Assembly: GCA_951406725.2 (NCBI GenBank)
Contig: OX597815.1
Location: 54,498,001 to 54,562,000 of the forward strand
Length of the DNA stretch: 64,000 nucleotides
Source of the DNA: Octopus vulgaris
Taxonomy: Eukaryota
Direction of reading: 5' to 3'
Part shown: piece by piece, positions 1 to 13,865 of the stretch
How positions within the stretch are numbered: position 1 is the first letter of the stretch
Layout: each line of letters begins with the position of its first letter
Notes under the pieces: model-generated
Database searches by the model: none
The model's input: the letters and a program-made list of their open reading frames with translations, nothing else
Told to the model about the DNA's origin: nothing
Translations under genes and position numbers: made by a program

Positions 1-304
1 ATATATATATATATATATACATATATATATTTATATATATATATATATACGTATATATTTATATACATATATACATACATATAAACATATATTTATACAT
101 ATATACATATATATGTACATATATATATATATACATCTATACATATGCACCGATATATATATATAGATAGATATTTACACGTACATATATACATATATAT
201 ATATAGATATATATATACATATATATAGATATTTATATGTACATATATATATACATATATATAGATATATATATATCTACATATATATGTATATAGATAT
301 ATAT

Positions 305-378
<74 letters not shown>
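1..378. repeat. (AT)n-rich microsatellite, representative of dozens of (AT)n, (GATA)n, (AAT)n, (GT)n, (GAA)n and (CATA)n tracts
   Basis: Directly visible. These tracts are the source of most YIYI/NNNN/IIII/LLLL ORFs. Confidence 0.99.
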
Positions 379-382
<4 letters not shown>

Positions 383-770
383 AATTTATAAATAAGGGCA
401 AAAGAAAAAATTTCTGATGCCAAGATGTACTGAATATAGACACTACGTCAATAACCATGTTATTTACCACTACAATTGTGATAAATTGTGGTACTTAATT
501 GTGCTCGTGGATTAGTGCTCGCTTCTTCCATAGGTATAAGTAAGTATTTATTTACCGCATTTATCCCCGATGAAGAGAAGGTTCTTACGAACTAACTCCG
601 AAATCGGGTCCGATATGGTAATAACGGAATTTTTTTGAAATTTCTGTCGGCTTTCTTTGAAATACGTGCTTGTAGCGTTAAATTACATGGTTGTTGACGT
701 AGTGTCTATTTTCGGCATATTTTGGCATTAGAACTTTTTTCTTTTGCCCTTACTTATAAATTGTTTATAA
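378..770 (+). mobile_element. PLE pseudo-LTR fragment: ~90-bp inverted arms around a degenerate hammerhead (562-615)
   Basis: 378-465 is the reverse complement of ~680-770. Between them: UAUC-c-CCGAUGA-AGAG...CUCC-GAAA-ucgg-GUC-c-GAUA. Flanked by (AT)n/(GATA)n. Confidence 0.55.
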
Positions 771-862
771 ATTTAACCTTTAAAGGTATTTTTTAATATG
801 CTGGCCATTGATAGAATTTTTTTCGAAAAATTCTATCCTATATTAGATATATATATATATAT

Positions 863-929
<67 letters not shown>

Positions 930-1324
930 CAAATATATATACATGCAGATATAAACATACGTACAAATAGATATATAGATATATACATATATTTAGATAT
1001 GTACATACATATACATATATATATATACAAATATTTAGATATATATGTATATTTACATCTACATATATATGCATCTATACATATGTATACATTCGCTGCT
1101 ATATTCCAAGGAAACTAATGCTTTTAGCTTAGTTTTTCCTTGGGGCTGGCCAGATTGGAGCAATATCGAACATAAGCAGCCGAAATTGCAAAGATAATCT
1201 GGAACTCAACTGAGGAAAGAAAACTCCGAATGACTCGTCCTTGTTTTCTTCGTATCTGGATGTTTTGTTGTCCCTTTTTTTATCACCTAACTGTCTGGAT
1301 ATTTTGCAGTCTTGTCCCATTTTG

Positions 1325-1412
<88 letters not shown>

Positions 1413-1598
1413 TATATATACATACATATAATACAAATACGAAAATGGCGAAACAAATTCATTTCGATCATCAACTTACGGATATTACAATTTCATATTA
1501 TTTATTAATTATACAAAGTGGAACATCAAAATCGAACAAAACAATATACATCAATATGTAATATAATAATAAAAATAAAAATAATACAAATAAACTGC

Positions 1599-1730
1599 TC
1601 CTAACAGCTGTTTCAGCCTATGGTCAAGAGTCAATTCAACTTAAATTGCCTATAGATGCCATTGTAATATAGTCCTAAGCATTAAAAATTATATTTGTCT
1701 GTTTAAATAACCAAATGTCTCGTCAGAGGA
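1599..1730 (-). ncRNA. Minimal type I hammerhead ribozyme motif (helix II partly decayed)
   Basis: UCCU-CUGACGA-[long loop]-GAAAC-AGCU-GUU-AGGA. Stem I UCCU/AGGA; palindromic helix III ACAGCUGU. Confidence 0.6.
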
Positions 1731-2396
1731 TATACATAACTAGAAGAGTATAATAATAATATTGATATATAATAAACATGCTTCACATACTATCCAATAA
1801 AAACAAGAAAATGAATAATAAGACAAATATTCAAAATACATAAACATATTGTGGTCATTATTGGATTTGTATGTGTGTGGATACATGCGTATATATATAT
1901 ATATATATAAATATATTCATGTAGGTTTATTTGTGTGCATGCATGTGGTGGTCTTAAGTATTATTGTGCTTTTTGTGTGTACATATTTGTATTTTTTATA
2001 TACTGGTACTTGTTTGTAAATATATCTGTATACTTATGTATATTGATATGTATTCACTTTTGGTTTTCAGTATATTGTTATACACTTAGTATGAGTCAAT
2101 GTACTAAACATATTGTGGTGACTAATGAATTTGTATATGTGTGGATGCATGTGTGTATATACATATATATATATATATTTATATATTCGTGTATGTCTAT
2201 TTGTGTGCATGCATGTGATAGTTTTAAATATTATTTCATGTTATCTTCTTGTATATTAGATATTATATATGGACTTCAGTACACATTTGTATAGGTGATG
2301 TTTGTACTGGTCTGTAAGTATGTAAGAAAATATGTGTGTATATATCGATGTATGCATGTATGTGTGTTTATATATAGGCGTATATATATATATATT

Positions 2397-2453
<57 letters not shown>

Positions 2454-2899
2454 AGGTGTATATGTATGGATATGTATATGGGTGCATATTGACACATATG
2501 GTTTTGCATGTAGTAGGACCTTTACTAGTATTGGTATTATGTTTTTTCATATTTAACTATGCTGTATAATTGTCTGTGTGTTTATTATATGTGTGTTTAT
2601 TATATGTGTGTGTATTAGTATATACTCCCTACATGCTTGTATTTGTTTGTGCATTTTTCTATGTATATATACCCCTTTCATTGATACTAATCGGATTGAA
2701 CTTCTAATGTGTGCTTTATGTATCTATCGATCCTTGTTTAATTGTAGGCATACCTATTGGTGTTAATTTTGTAGGCATCCGTATATTTATTAAGACAGAA
2801 ATATGGATGTATGAATATACGCTTTTGGATTAGTATGTTTGTATGAATATTTGTTTGTGTTTATATAGGGGTCCATTTAGGAGGATTGTAAGAGGTCAT

Positions 2900-3053
2900 A
2901 TGTACAAATTGGACAACGCAAACTTGCATTTAATGGAATACATATAAATATATATGCATCTATTCTCATATACACACATGAAAGTGGACGAGAAAACCAT
3001 CATGTACTGCCAATAAAAATATTTAAAAAAAACCATATCCATATACTTATATA

Positions 3054-3127
<74 letters not shown>

Positions 3128-3279
3128 TATATAAGTATATGGATATGTTTTTTTTTATATTTTTATTGGCAGTACATGATGGTTTTCTCGTCCACTTTCA
3201 TGTGTGTATATGGGAATAGATGCATATATATTTATATGTATTCCATTAAATGCAAGTTTGCGTTGTCCAATTTGTACAT
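2900..3279. repeat. Near-perfect palindrome (~160-bp arms) centred on (AT)n
   Basis: atgtacaaattggacaacgcaaac...tatatgtacat-(AT)n-atgtacatata...gtttgcgttgtccaatttgtacat. Confidence 0.95.
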
Positions 3280-4618
3280 GTTTGTGGAAGTATGCATTGT
3301 ATATATGTATAGCTCGGTTTGTTTATGTGACGCATAAATAAATGTAAGGTTACGTAGTCCATCGAATATTTTGAGGTTTAAATTTGCATATATGTGCATG
3401 TATGTATAAATGGAATTCGTAAGTGGAAAATAATTCAGTGGACATAGTTGTTTGTATTTACGTATTGCATAATGATATGTAAGCTTGCATTTTCAATCGT
3501 TTGATTTTTTGTCTTTAGTTTATTTTGATGTGTATGTATGTATAAATGCAATTCGTATATATAAAATAAGATAATAGATATAATTATTTTTTGTTTACTT
3601 AACGCGTAACCCTATAGGTAAGTATAATTCACTTCTTAGGTATAAATCACTCCTTAAGTATAAGTACATATACGACCGTAAATATAGGTGTCTGTTGCTT
3701 ATATACCTATCCAAGTTTTAACATATAAATGAATGTACTTTTAGTCAGCATTTTATTTAGTTTAGATAAACTATTATGAACTGTTTAACTAAATTTCTGA
3801 CCTCATATTGTTTTAAAACAGGCCTAACGGATGCGTTTAAATGAATTAGCCAATTGGAAATAGATCAAGAAGTCCTGTGACCGCTCCCTAAACCCTAATA
3901 TATTTTAAATATTTAATATGCATACCTTAAATAGCCAATAATTTAAATGACTGTTCCCTAACCCCCAATATAATTTTAAATATCTTTATATATTTAATAT
4001 GCATACTTTAACACAAACCTCGGACTAAATTAAACTTGGACATGGAGTTACTACTATGTTTTTTCAAATTAAATCTATTTTATTATGTGGATTATTAACT
4101 TTAATATCCATTTAACAAGAATGTAAACATTGTGAAATCTAATATGCATATAATGGGGACTTATATTTTGTGGGACTAAACTTGCCTGGACTTGTAATTC
4201 GGACTGAATGTTTTGGATGCTAAAATTTAAATTGTTCGTGTTAAGCGGATGCGTTAAGTATTATTTAGATTATGTTTGTATAATATGTTCATACGCGAAT
4301 ATCGTGTTTGTGCATATGTGTATATATATATGTGTATGTGTGAATATTTATACTTAGTACCTTGTTTCATTAATTTTTGTTATGTTGTTTAGTACTATCG
4401 TTAAAGCAACATTACTGTTGGTATTGTTAAAAGTGGTAGTATATTACGTTAGAATGCATTTACTGGACTATACGAAGCATGATAATCCAATGTAATGTGA
4501 TATATTGTTCAATGTTGTTCTTTATGTTTTTTGCACATGTGATTACTATGTACGATTTGCCTATGTATGTATATGTATGTATATTTGTATATTTTATATG
4601 TACATATATATGTGTTTA

Positions 4619-4675
<57 letters not shown>

Positions 4676-4798
4676 GTATGTATTTTGAATATTTATCTTA
4701 TTTATTTTTACTGTATCCAAGTCTTTATACGCTAGGCCACTTGGTGTTTTCAATTGATGTTATTAATTAATATTCAATTTTTTTCACCCTTATTATGA

Positions 4799-4873
<75 letters not shown>

Positions 4874-4927
4874 TCTATACACACATATATATATTTATAT
4901 ATATCTATATATATATATATATATACA

Positions 4928-5305
4928 CAAAAATAAGCAACAAGAATGGATCCGGTAATCTAGTACAATTGTTTCATACTAAAACATTTTATTAAAGCTG
5001 TAAATACTACAGCAGATATAGTATGTCAAGTAATCTTCAGGTAATTTCATATAGGTTTTCCAATAATATAAAGTTCTCAAATCAATTAGTAACATCCTAG
5101 AGAAGGTAACATCCTAGAGAAGGTAACATTCTCTAGGATGTTACTAATTGATTTGGGAACTTTATATTATTGGAAAACCTATATGAAATTAGCTGAAGAT
5201 TACTTGACATATTATATCTGCTGTAATATTTACAGCTTTAATAAAATGTTTTAGTATGAAACAATTGTACTAGATTACCGGATCCATTCTTGTTGCTTAT
5301 TTTTG
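4928..5305. repeat. Fold-back inverted repeat (~178-bp arms) with a hammerhead motif in each arm (PLE pseudo-LTR type)
   Basis: 4928-5105 is the reverse complement of 5129-5305, with few mismatches. An 18-bp tandem duplication gtaacatcctagagaag lies at the turn. Confidence 0.9.
5189..5273 (+). ncRNA. Minimal type I hammerhead ribozyme
   Basis: UUAG-CUGAAGA-U-UACU...AGUA-U-GAAAC-AAUU-GUA-CUAG. The mirror copy on the minus strand (4960-5044) has a stem I mismatch. Confidence 0.7.
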
Positions 5306-5405
5306 ATTATAATCACCCCGCATATTTTTATGGATAATACCATAAAAAATTCTGGTGCATCTAAATTAAGTACCATATTCATTTGAATCTAAATTGTTTG
5401 CTGGA

Positions 5406-5480
<75 letters not shown>

Positions 5481-6328
5481 AGAGAGAGAGAGAGAGTTGA
5501 CAACATGATATTATTTGACAAAAACCATATAAACCGCCTTGAACCAAGCAGTCTATCTTCCGGTAGCCATCTTTATCGTCTTATATTTCTCTATACGACA
5601 ATCCATAACCTGGAGGAGATGGGCTTGTGTTGGAGGTGTGTGAAGCTCTAATTTGGTTTGAGACGTATCCCACTCTTTTAAACAATATATGTGTGCATCT
5701 GTGTGTATGTATTTGTGTGTGAGTGTGCGTGTGTGTATGTGTGTCTATGTGTGTGTATGCGAATGGTGCGTGCATAATCCTATGCGCAGAAACTAGGATG
5801 TTGAATCTGCACTGTCGCCTTTACTACCAGAATTCAAAGTTTTTGGGAAATGGTCTCCGGTGACATGAAACTTAAGTATATGAGTTTGGTGGAATACATT
5901 GCAGTGAAGGAAAAAATACTTACAATTTTATCGCGTAATGCTAGGGGATGTAAAGTGAAACGGCTTGTATGGCACAGTTTCCTTTTGTTGAATCGTATGT
6001 TACTTTGTGAGGTATAAACGAAGATATTACTAAAAAATAATAAAGATGTGTATACTAAAAATCATTGGTTTACTTACAGAAGATACACCTCTAAAGTTCT
6101 TGTAAGAACAATTATTAACAGCGGACTGTGTGAAGATTCTACCAGAATTAGCCAAGTTCGTAAAATTATGTGATGGCTGTAGATATATTACTCTTGCACC
6201 TTTTCGATGTTATCGATTACTATGCCAGAATGAACTTCGAAAAGAATGCATAAAGACGAATACAGTACAACTCTTTACTAGACAACTTACATTCGTATAT
6301 GCCCGCAATCATGCCCATACCTAAATGG

Positions 6329-6377
<49 letters not shown>

Positions 6378-6560
6378 GATAGTAGGGAATATAATTCCAA
6401 ACTCACAGGGAAAAAATCAAATTTCACAATATATAATAAATGTATATAATTTAGAGAAAAACCTCTATTAATAGCGAAAGACGCTATTCACACCATTAAA
6501 TATACTATAGAAACACTATTCTAAAAACCAATAAATTACATAATCTATAAATAGTAAATT

Positions 6561-6677
6561 GACTACGCGCGATTCGTGGCTATGTCTTCAAATAGATATT
6601 AGTTATAAAATCAATGCGATTTAAAATTAAATCGATCTACAATTAATTATATTTAAAATATAATCACTCATCAGGTC
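6561..6677 (-). ncRNA. Hammerhead motif in the PLE pLTR (GAAA mutated to GAAU)
   Basis: GAC-CUGAUGA-GUG...CAC-GAAU-C-GCGC-GUA-GUC. Confidence 0.65.
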
Positions 6678-6680
6678 TAA

Positions 6681-6802
<122 letters not shown>

Positions 6803-6981
6803 TACGTATCTTAACTTATAATAATCAACAAATAAATATATAAAAATACGTGTTTTAAGAATAATTAATCAAATAAAATTTAACAATATTACTTAAAATA
6901 AAATCATAACTTATCTTATTGAAGAATTTCTTTTAACCAAAATTTTAAACGTAATACGTAGAACTTTGCGTTTATAAGAAA

Positions 6982-7230
6982 CTAGCAGTATCGCCCGGCG
7001 TTGCTCGGGTTTGTAAGGGAATTAACTATATAAGCATTTTTAGAGAGTTACTTCCCTTATAGATGCCAATTCGGGCTTTCTTAGCCATTTCTGTTTTGGT
7101 GTTTTCAAGCCATGAAGTCGTTGTTCTAAAAGAACGCTGGTCTCCTTGACAACGCTTTACGACGTTGATTTCCTTACACTCCCTTCCCCACAGCTTCACG
7201 AGGGAGGGAAGAAGGGGGAGAAAACATGGT
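6982..7230 (-). mobile_element. Non-autonomous Helitron 3' fragment inserted in the PLE 3'UTR
   Basis: Minus strand ends in hairpin CCCGAGcaacGCCGGG followed by ...tgCTAG|T, the canonical Helitron 3' end. GC-richer than the flanks; 5' limit approximate. Confidence 0.65.
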
Positions 7231-10140
7231 GTAAATAATAATTACAGAATAAATAGATAGAAATATGTATTTAAGCTGTGAAAAGGACAAAAAGCATTTT
7301 AGCTCTGAGAATAGGAAAAAAACTAACTGTAATATACCATTTACTAGAAAATTTTAGTGTAAATAATTTAAACCTAAAATACGTAAACTACATAATATAC
7401 ATAAATTAAGCTAAATTTCTATAATTTAATCTATTTTCATTAATTTATTAATTTATTTTATAAACATCTTAGTTTAATCTTATTCTAATTATGAAATATA
7501 CATTATATAATCTCGTGCTAATTTATACACGTTATACTACTTTAAATCATAACTACAAACACTTAGTAACATAAACTAGAATTTATATATATACACAAAT
7601 TAGCTAAATTTATTATATAAGTAATTTAACTTATGTCTACATTTAAATTTTCGCTCAACTAGGCAATTAAACAATTTTTTAATTATTAGATAATAATAAA
7701 TTCATTAGTTCATAATAAACAAAAGTTACTACCTATTCGATAAGATTTTGCCTTACAACTATCTCCCAATTTAAATTGTACTTAATACGTCTAGATTTTA
7801 GTTCCCATATATATTTATTAAGGCCAGTAGAATTAATTAAATTTCTATTCTTAAAAGAATTCATGTGTTGAGCTACCCTTAATTTAATTTTATTAGAAGT
7901 CGACCCTATGTCAATCGCATTTAAATTATAACCAATCCTATTATTATCATCAATGAAAGTCACTACACATTTATATGCTACATCATCCAAATTACATTTA
8001 AACTTATCTTTACATGTACAATTAATTATATTCTGATCTTTATTATCATTATTGGAATAATTATTTGATTTGTTTTTGTAAAACTTATTCAGCTTGGATT
8101 TATTAAAGAAGAAATAATGAAACCAACATTATTAGTAGTAGAATAACCAACTCCAAAATTATTACTAGAACAAAATGTTGTTATATTTCTTATTATCTCT
8201 AATGAATACATCAATTACATTTAAAATCTCTTTAATAATGTTTGCTTTAACTTGAGGTCCATAAGGAATAATTAACCAAATTTTGTTCTTATTATCTATA
8301 TCATTTTATTAATTTTTTTATATTATTAAATTTATTATTATCATTAAATGAATTAAATTTAATCTTATTTTACTCTATTATTATATTTATGTTTTCTATT
8401 ATCATAATGCCTATAATTAATTAAGGGCTTCATTATAAAGTGTGTGTTTTTGGAAAATCTCAAAATTGGATGAAAGCAACGATATTCTTTTACCTATATT
8501 ATCTGTCAATGATTCCTTAATTGAGGGTGAATTATAACTATTAGCATTAATATATTTAAGGTTTTCATTAATTTTATGGAATGGTTGTGTTTTACCTGTT
8601 ATTAAATTAAAATTAGCATCTAAATAATTAACATTATATTTCTCATTATATATAGTAATACTTAACCAACATCTTTTTAAAAAATTATACAGTTTCATCT
8701 TATATAATTCTAGTGTTCTATTGGTGCAATTCTTAGTTATTAATAAAAGATGATCCCTATATAAACCACCCTCCAACTTTAATTTTTCTAATTGAAGTCC
8801 CGATAATAAATAAATATCTACTAAATCTGTCGCCTGTGCAGAATCGGGTGCCCCCATAGGTATATCAAAAGAGTCCCTAGTATCCTTCCTAGCCCACAAT
8901 TTATTATTATATCTAATCAACGATTTACCTAGTCGTTTTAATGACATTAACTTCATCATAAGTCATTCCTACCTTATACATTGCATACATTAGGGCCTTA
9001 TTAAGTACAAACTCATTGATAGAAGAATAATAATTATCTATATCTATTTGAATGAATTTATATCTATTTTATCTTTAATATTATTAAACCATTTTAAAGT
9101 ATCATTAGTACTAGTCCAAAGTTTAAGGTAATTAATTTCATTTAATCTATTAATATATTTATCTAAAATGATCTTAATTAACCTAGATCTGATTTACATG
9201 GACAAATAAGTCTAACTTTTGGGTCAAAATAAAAATTATCCTTATGGTCTTTTAAAGTAATTCTAGGGTACATAGGTACATAAGGTTCATTTTTATTATC
9301 TAACTTATCTTTCATCATGATTGATTTAGAGGCGTTATTTATATTATAGAGTGTATTTACTGGAACCATTTCCTATTTTTTATTTATTTCTTTATCTATT
9401 AGGTTATCATATAATTTAACATCTAGTTTCTACAGGTTCCTAGTTTTATTCAATCGTACTATAATTCCTTCCATATTTCTCATTTCTTTTATTCTAATAG
9501 CTAGATTTCTTAAATATTCATTATGTCTATTTGGGTATTTATGAAGTTTAATATTTTTCACCACCTTCCAAATATTATCCTCTAAAACCTGTAAATCCCT
9601 ATTATAAAGGGGTACCTTCTTAGATTTAAATTTTGAATTGATATGATTAGTATTCTCTACATCGTTAATATTAGATATGTTACAATTATTGTAGTAGGCT
9701 TTCCATTTAATCTTATTAATGAAATATTTAATATTATTAATAAGTTTCAAAATATATTCTTTTCTAGATGGTATAGGAATATCCTTCAAAGATAAATTCT
9801 AAAATAGCGGTTCTGTCTTACGAAATTGAGAGTTAAATACAATCGATAAACGTTAGTTATAAATATAAATAGAAATATTATAATAATAATAGTATGGAAT
9901 ATAATGTAGTCAATTTACTATTTATTGTTTATGTACTTTATTAATTTTTAGAATAATGTTTTTACAGTATGTTTAATTTTTTCTATATGGTGTGAAAAAC
10001 GCCATTCACTATTGAATTACTTAATTGAGTTTTTTCTGTAAATGATATATATATACATATATATAATGGTGGTTGTAAAGTGGTGGTAGAGAAAAAGGTA
10101 CAAAGGCACACACTCACACACACACACACACACACACAAA

Positions 10141-10204
<64 letters not shown>

Positions 10205-10350
10205 AACGATGGGCTTTGTCACTTCACCAGCTCCACTCGCAAGGCCAAGGTCGTCCCTATGACTATAGCAAAAGACACTTGTCCAAGGAGCCACACAGTG
10301 GGACTGATTGCAGAACTATGCGGTTGAGAAGTAAGCTTCTTACCAAACAC
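10205..10350 (-). mobile_element. tRNA-derived SINE (family B) head, degenerate
   Basis: Reverse complement of ggtaagaagcttacttctcaacc...cagtcccactgtgtggctccttggacaagtgtc; matches the copies at 15315 and 51475. Confidence 0.7.
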
Positions 10351-10677
10351 TCATATATGTGTGTGTATGTGTGTGTGTGTGTGCGTGCATGCATGCGTGC
10401 GTGTGTGCATCAAAGGGGAGAGAGAGAAAAAGAGCTTTAGACACGATATTTCAGTACTAAACATTTAAATTCCTTTATAGCTTTTTTATGAGAACATTAA
10501 TAGTGATATATTTCATATTAAATGCTTTGTATTTAGGAAGGTTAAGTAGTGATTTGAAGTCCATTAGTATTTTTCAGATTCAATTGAACATTAATTAATT
10601 GAAAAGTTATGGTAAATACACATAACGTTATACAATGTTATAAATACATATACATATTTATATATGTGTGTGTGTAC

Positions 10678-10713
<36 letters not shown>

Positions 10714-11048
10714 CTGTATTATGACTGTAATCTAATGCGTCATAAAAGACTAGTTCTTTGTACACCCTTACGAAATATTCCTGGCAAAAATATAGACCTT
10801 ATATTAACGTTAGTTAAACCTAATAGAAGAAAAGAGCAATTTCTTTAGATACCTAAAGATCAATTTCATCAAACAAGTTAACTCCTCATTTCCATCTCTA
10901 TTCTAATACACTTATGATGAAGAAATGAACGAGCCTATATGCTTTGGTCAAACCAAAAAGAAACATTTAAATCACAACTTATCTTCTTCAAAATAGGAAA
11001 ATGAAATTGGATATTATAGTCTCAGATAACTCTATTTTATGTACATAG

Positions 11049-12181
11049 TGTTACGAGGGGACCTCCGATTCGAACTATTACGGAATCACTCACACCCAGG
11101 CCCGTTCGATGCAGCGAATGTTTTTGCCACGGAAACTCGTCGGAGAGGAGAAGAGAGATACAACGACAACAACAGCAGCAGCACAGAGGCAATCGAGAGA
11201 CACAAAGAGGCAAGGCACGACTGGCTTACATTTAACAACTAGTTTATATGACAATCAATTGTTACAACATCAAATACATTTAAAGATACATTTAAAAGAG
11301 GACATGCACGTGACAACTCAATACATCATACGGGTATACCACAGATCAAAGCATTTAAACATGCAAGTAACAATATAACCGTCCGGTAACAACACATCAA
11401 TATAGGTATACAACATTAAGGTCAATACATCAGCATTTCAAAGGTACACGTCCGAAGACACAGTTCTATTTCAAAACACATCAACAAGTCAGATACAGTT
11501 CAAAGGACATTACAGGCCTAACAGTTCAATGTTCATTATACAATGTTCAAATCAAATAATGTTCACGATATGTTACAGTCCAATCAGAACAGTTCAATAC
11601 ATTGTTCTTTACACTGTCTCATTTCTTTTTCAACTGTTCACTTCGATTCCTTGTCCTTCTTTTTCTTCACATATCAATACACAATTCACGTACCTTAATT
11701 CCTAATTAGAATAGCCAGTGTCCCATATTGTAGTTCCTCTCTCTCAGTACCGCTAGCTCCAACTTGCCAAACTCTTGCCCCGAGTTCCCAAATCCTCGCT
11801 CCTAAAATTCCAACTGCTCGTTTTGACGACCGAAATCCGACTCCCAAAAACCTCTTACTCTATCACTACCCTCAATCCCTCTCTTAGCTCTAATATCCTC
11901 TCTATCTGCTCTCAGATCCCTTACTCTGTCTTTCTCACTCTTTCTTCTTCCTTTCCCTCACTGTCACTAGATTCTTCCTTACTCTATCTTCCTCGGCTCT
12001 CACATCTCTCTGACCCCTAATCGACCGGCACAAGGCCAAAGGTCCCTCCAAAAGCCATTAGTCTTCCAGTAAACAAAGGGCTGTAGCTTTTTACTCCAGA
12101 CCTGCAGGCGCCGCTCATTCACAAAGTGGGTCAAGAAATACTGCACCAGCCGAACCATAACAATAGTAATGGTATGTCACA
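11049..12181. mobile_element. Possible solo LTR
   Basis: Bounded by TGTTACG...TGTCACA (TG..CA with short inverted termini). Composition is distinct and non-coding. No clean TSD seen. Confidence 0.4.
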
Positions 12182-13139
12182 GCGAGTTTGTTTTTTTACT
12201 GTTCGTCTACATGGTCAGAATTGAATCTCAGTTGAAGGGCGATCATACTTTATAACGATACGAAAATTTATCTATAGAAAATGAGAACATACGTTCGACC
12301 AACTAGAGATAGTAGTTAAATCTTCTTCAAATTATACTCCACTATGTTTTCAAACAGCTCACATAGTTTAATGTACTCCTAGATATACAATGCTTTAATA
12401 GAAGCTAGAGTGATCGAGTTCTTAGTGTCTTTGATCATTGGCGTGTTCGACTAGCTTTATGATGTTAAACATCAGCACCTAATGCAAAATATTTCTGTTG
12501 CACAAAGCAACTCATTAGATATTCAGGAGACTAGACATGACAATGTACGATATATTTGCCGCTTTCATTGGTGATATAGGGAGAAAGACTGAACAGAAAT
12601 GCCTATAACCATGTCATAAAACTGAATCGACATCTGGCCTTACGCCATACCGACAGGAGAAGTTTTGTAATTCAATGTACGTACTAGATATAATTGATTA
12701 TAAATTGATTATTCCAGGTGATAACTGGAACAACCCTCTTATCTCTATATTTTCCATTCATCGCTTAAAGCCATCGTTCGATTAACATAGTATTTTATTG
12801 TTTTCCCAATCAAACAATATAATCAATACACTCGATACTTTTTCATGTTTCCGTCGTTAATTGTCGATTTAATGTTTACTTCTCGGAAATAATGAAGATA
12901 AAGATACACGAATGGAAAAACGGTGAATTTAGAACTAGTAGTATAACAAGGATTGAATAGTATATACCACTGTTCAATCCAAATCCATTTTGCTATCTGA
13001 CTAAGATAACAGGCTGTCTGAAGCACTTAGGTATCATTTATCGATTACTTATATCAGTCATTGGGCTGCAAAAAAATCAACCATATTTAATATTTTTCAC
13101 CACCTTCCAAATATTATCCTCTAAAATCAAGTGTTCTTT

Positions 13140-13865
13140 TAATCCGGTACTTACTCTTTTGCCGAATCTCTATGTTACGGGGACGTTAACAAACCAAAAC
13201 CAGTTGTCAAGCAGCAGGGCATAAGTGCAAACACACACATTCATACACATGGATACACACACACATTCACGCACATTCATACACATACACACACATTCAT
13301 ATACATACATACATACATACATACATACATACATACATACATACATACACACATACATGCGACGGGATTTCACAGTTTCTTATTTCTTTATTGCCCACAA
13401 GGGGCTAAACACAGAGAGAACAAACAGGGAGAGACAAACATTATATCTATCCCAGTGCGTAACTGGTACTTAATTTACCGACCCCGAAAGGATGAAAGGC
13501 AAAGTCGACCTCGGCGGAATTCGAACTCAGAACGTAACGACAGATGAAATACCTTTTTCTATTTCTTTACTACCCACAAGGGGCTAAATACAGAAAGGAC
13601 AAACAAGGACAGACAAAAGGATTAAGTCGATTATATCGACCCCAGTGTTTAACTGGTACTTAATTTATCGACCCCGAAAGGATGAAAGGCAAAGTCGATC
13701 TCGGCGGAATATGAACTCAGAACGTAACGGCAGATTCTCTCACAAGGCTTTGGTTGACCCGAGGTTATAGAATACACTTACCCATGGTGCCGCACAGTGT
13801 GGGAATTCGAAACCATGTTGGTGCATAATGAGCTTCTTAATCACACAGCTATGCTTGTCCCCTAT
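13140..13865 (-). mobile_element. Nested SINEs: family B SINE interrupted by two tandem family A SINE units (13378-13735)
   Basis: Two repeats of cgaccccgaaaggatgaaaggcaaagtcgacctcggcggaat...aactcagaacg, each with a cccacaagggctaaa tail. Family B halves lie on either side. Confidence 0.8.

Noticed and set aside
1838-2230. ~265-bp-period duplication (taaacatattgtggt...) and a small tandem at 3880-4010
   Set aside because: Ordinary internal duplications in low-complexity repeat DNA with no further structure seen.
93-5000. Numerous YIYI/IYLS/CVCV ORFs (also the NNNN/IIII/LLLL/YYYY ORFs at 32005, 52402-57990 and HT-rich ORFs at 63156-63857)
   Set aside because: They are translations of microsatellites and low-complexity tracts, with no splice or domain support.
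12480-13030. Unique-looking DNA with short ORFs (also 5520-6320 and 19043-19410)
   Set aside because: No recognisable domain or consistent splice signals; cannot support exons.
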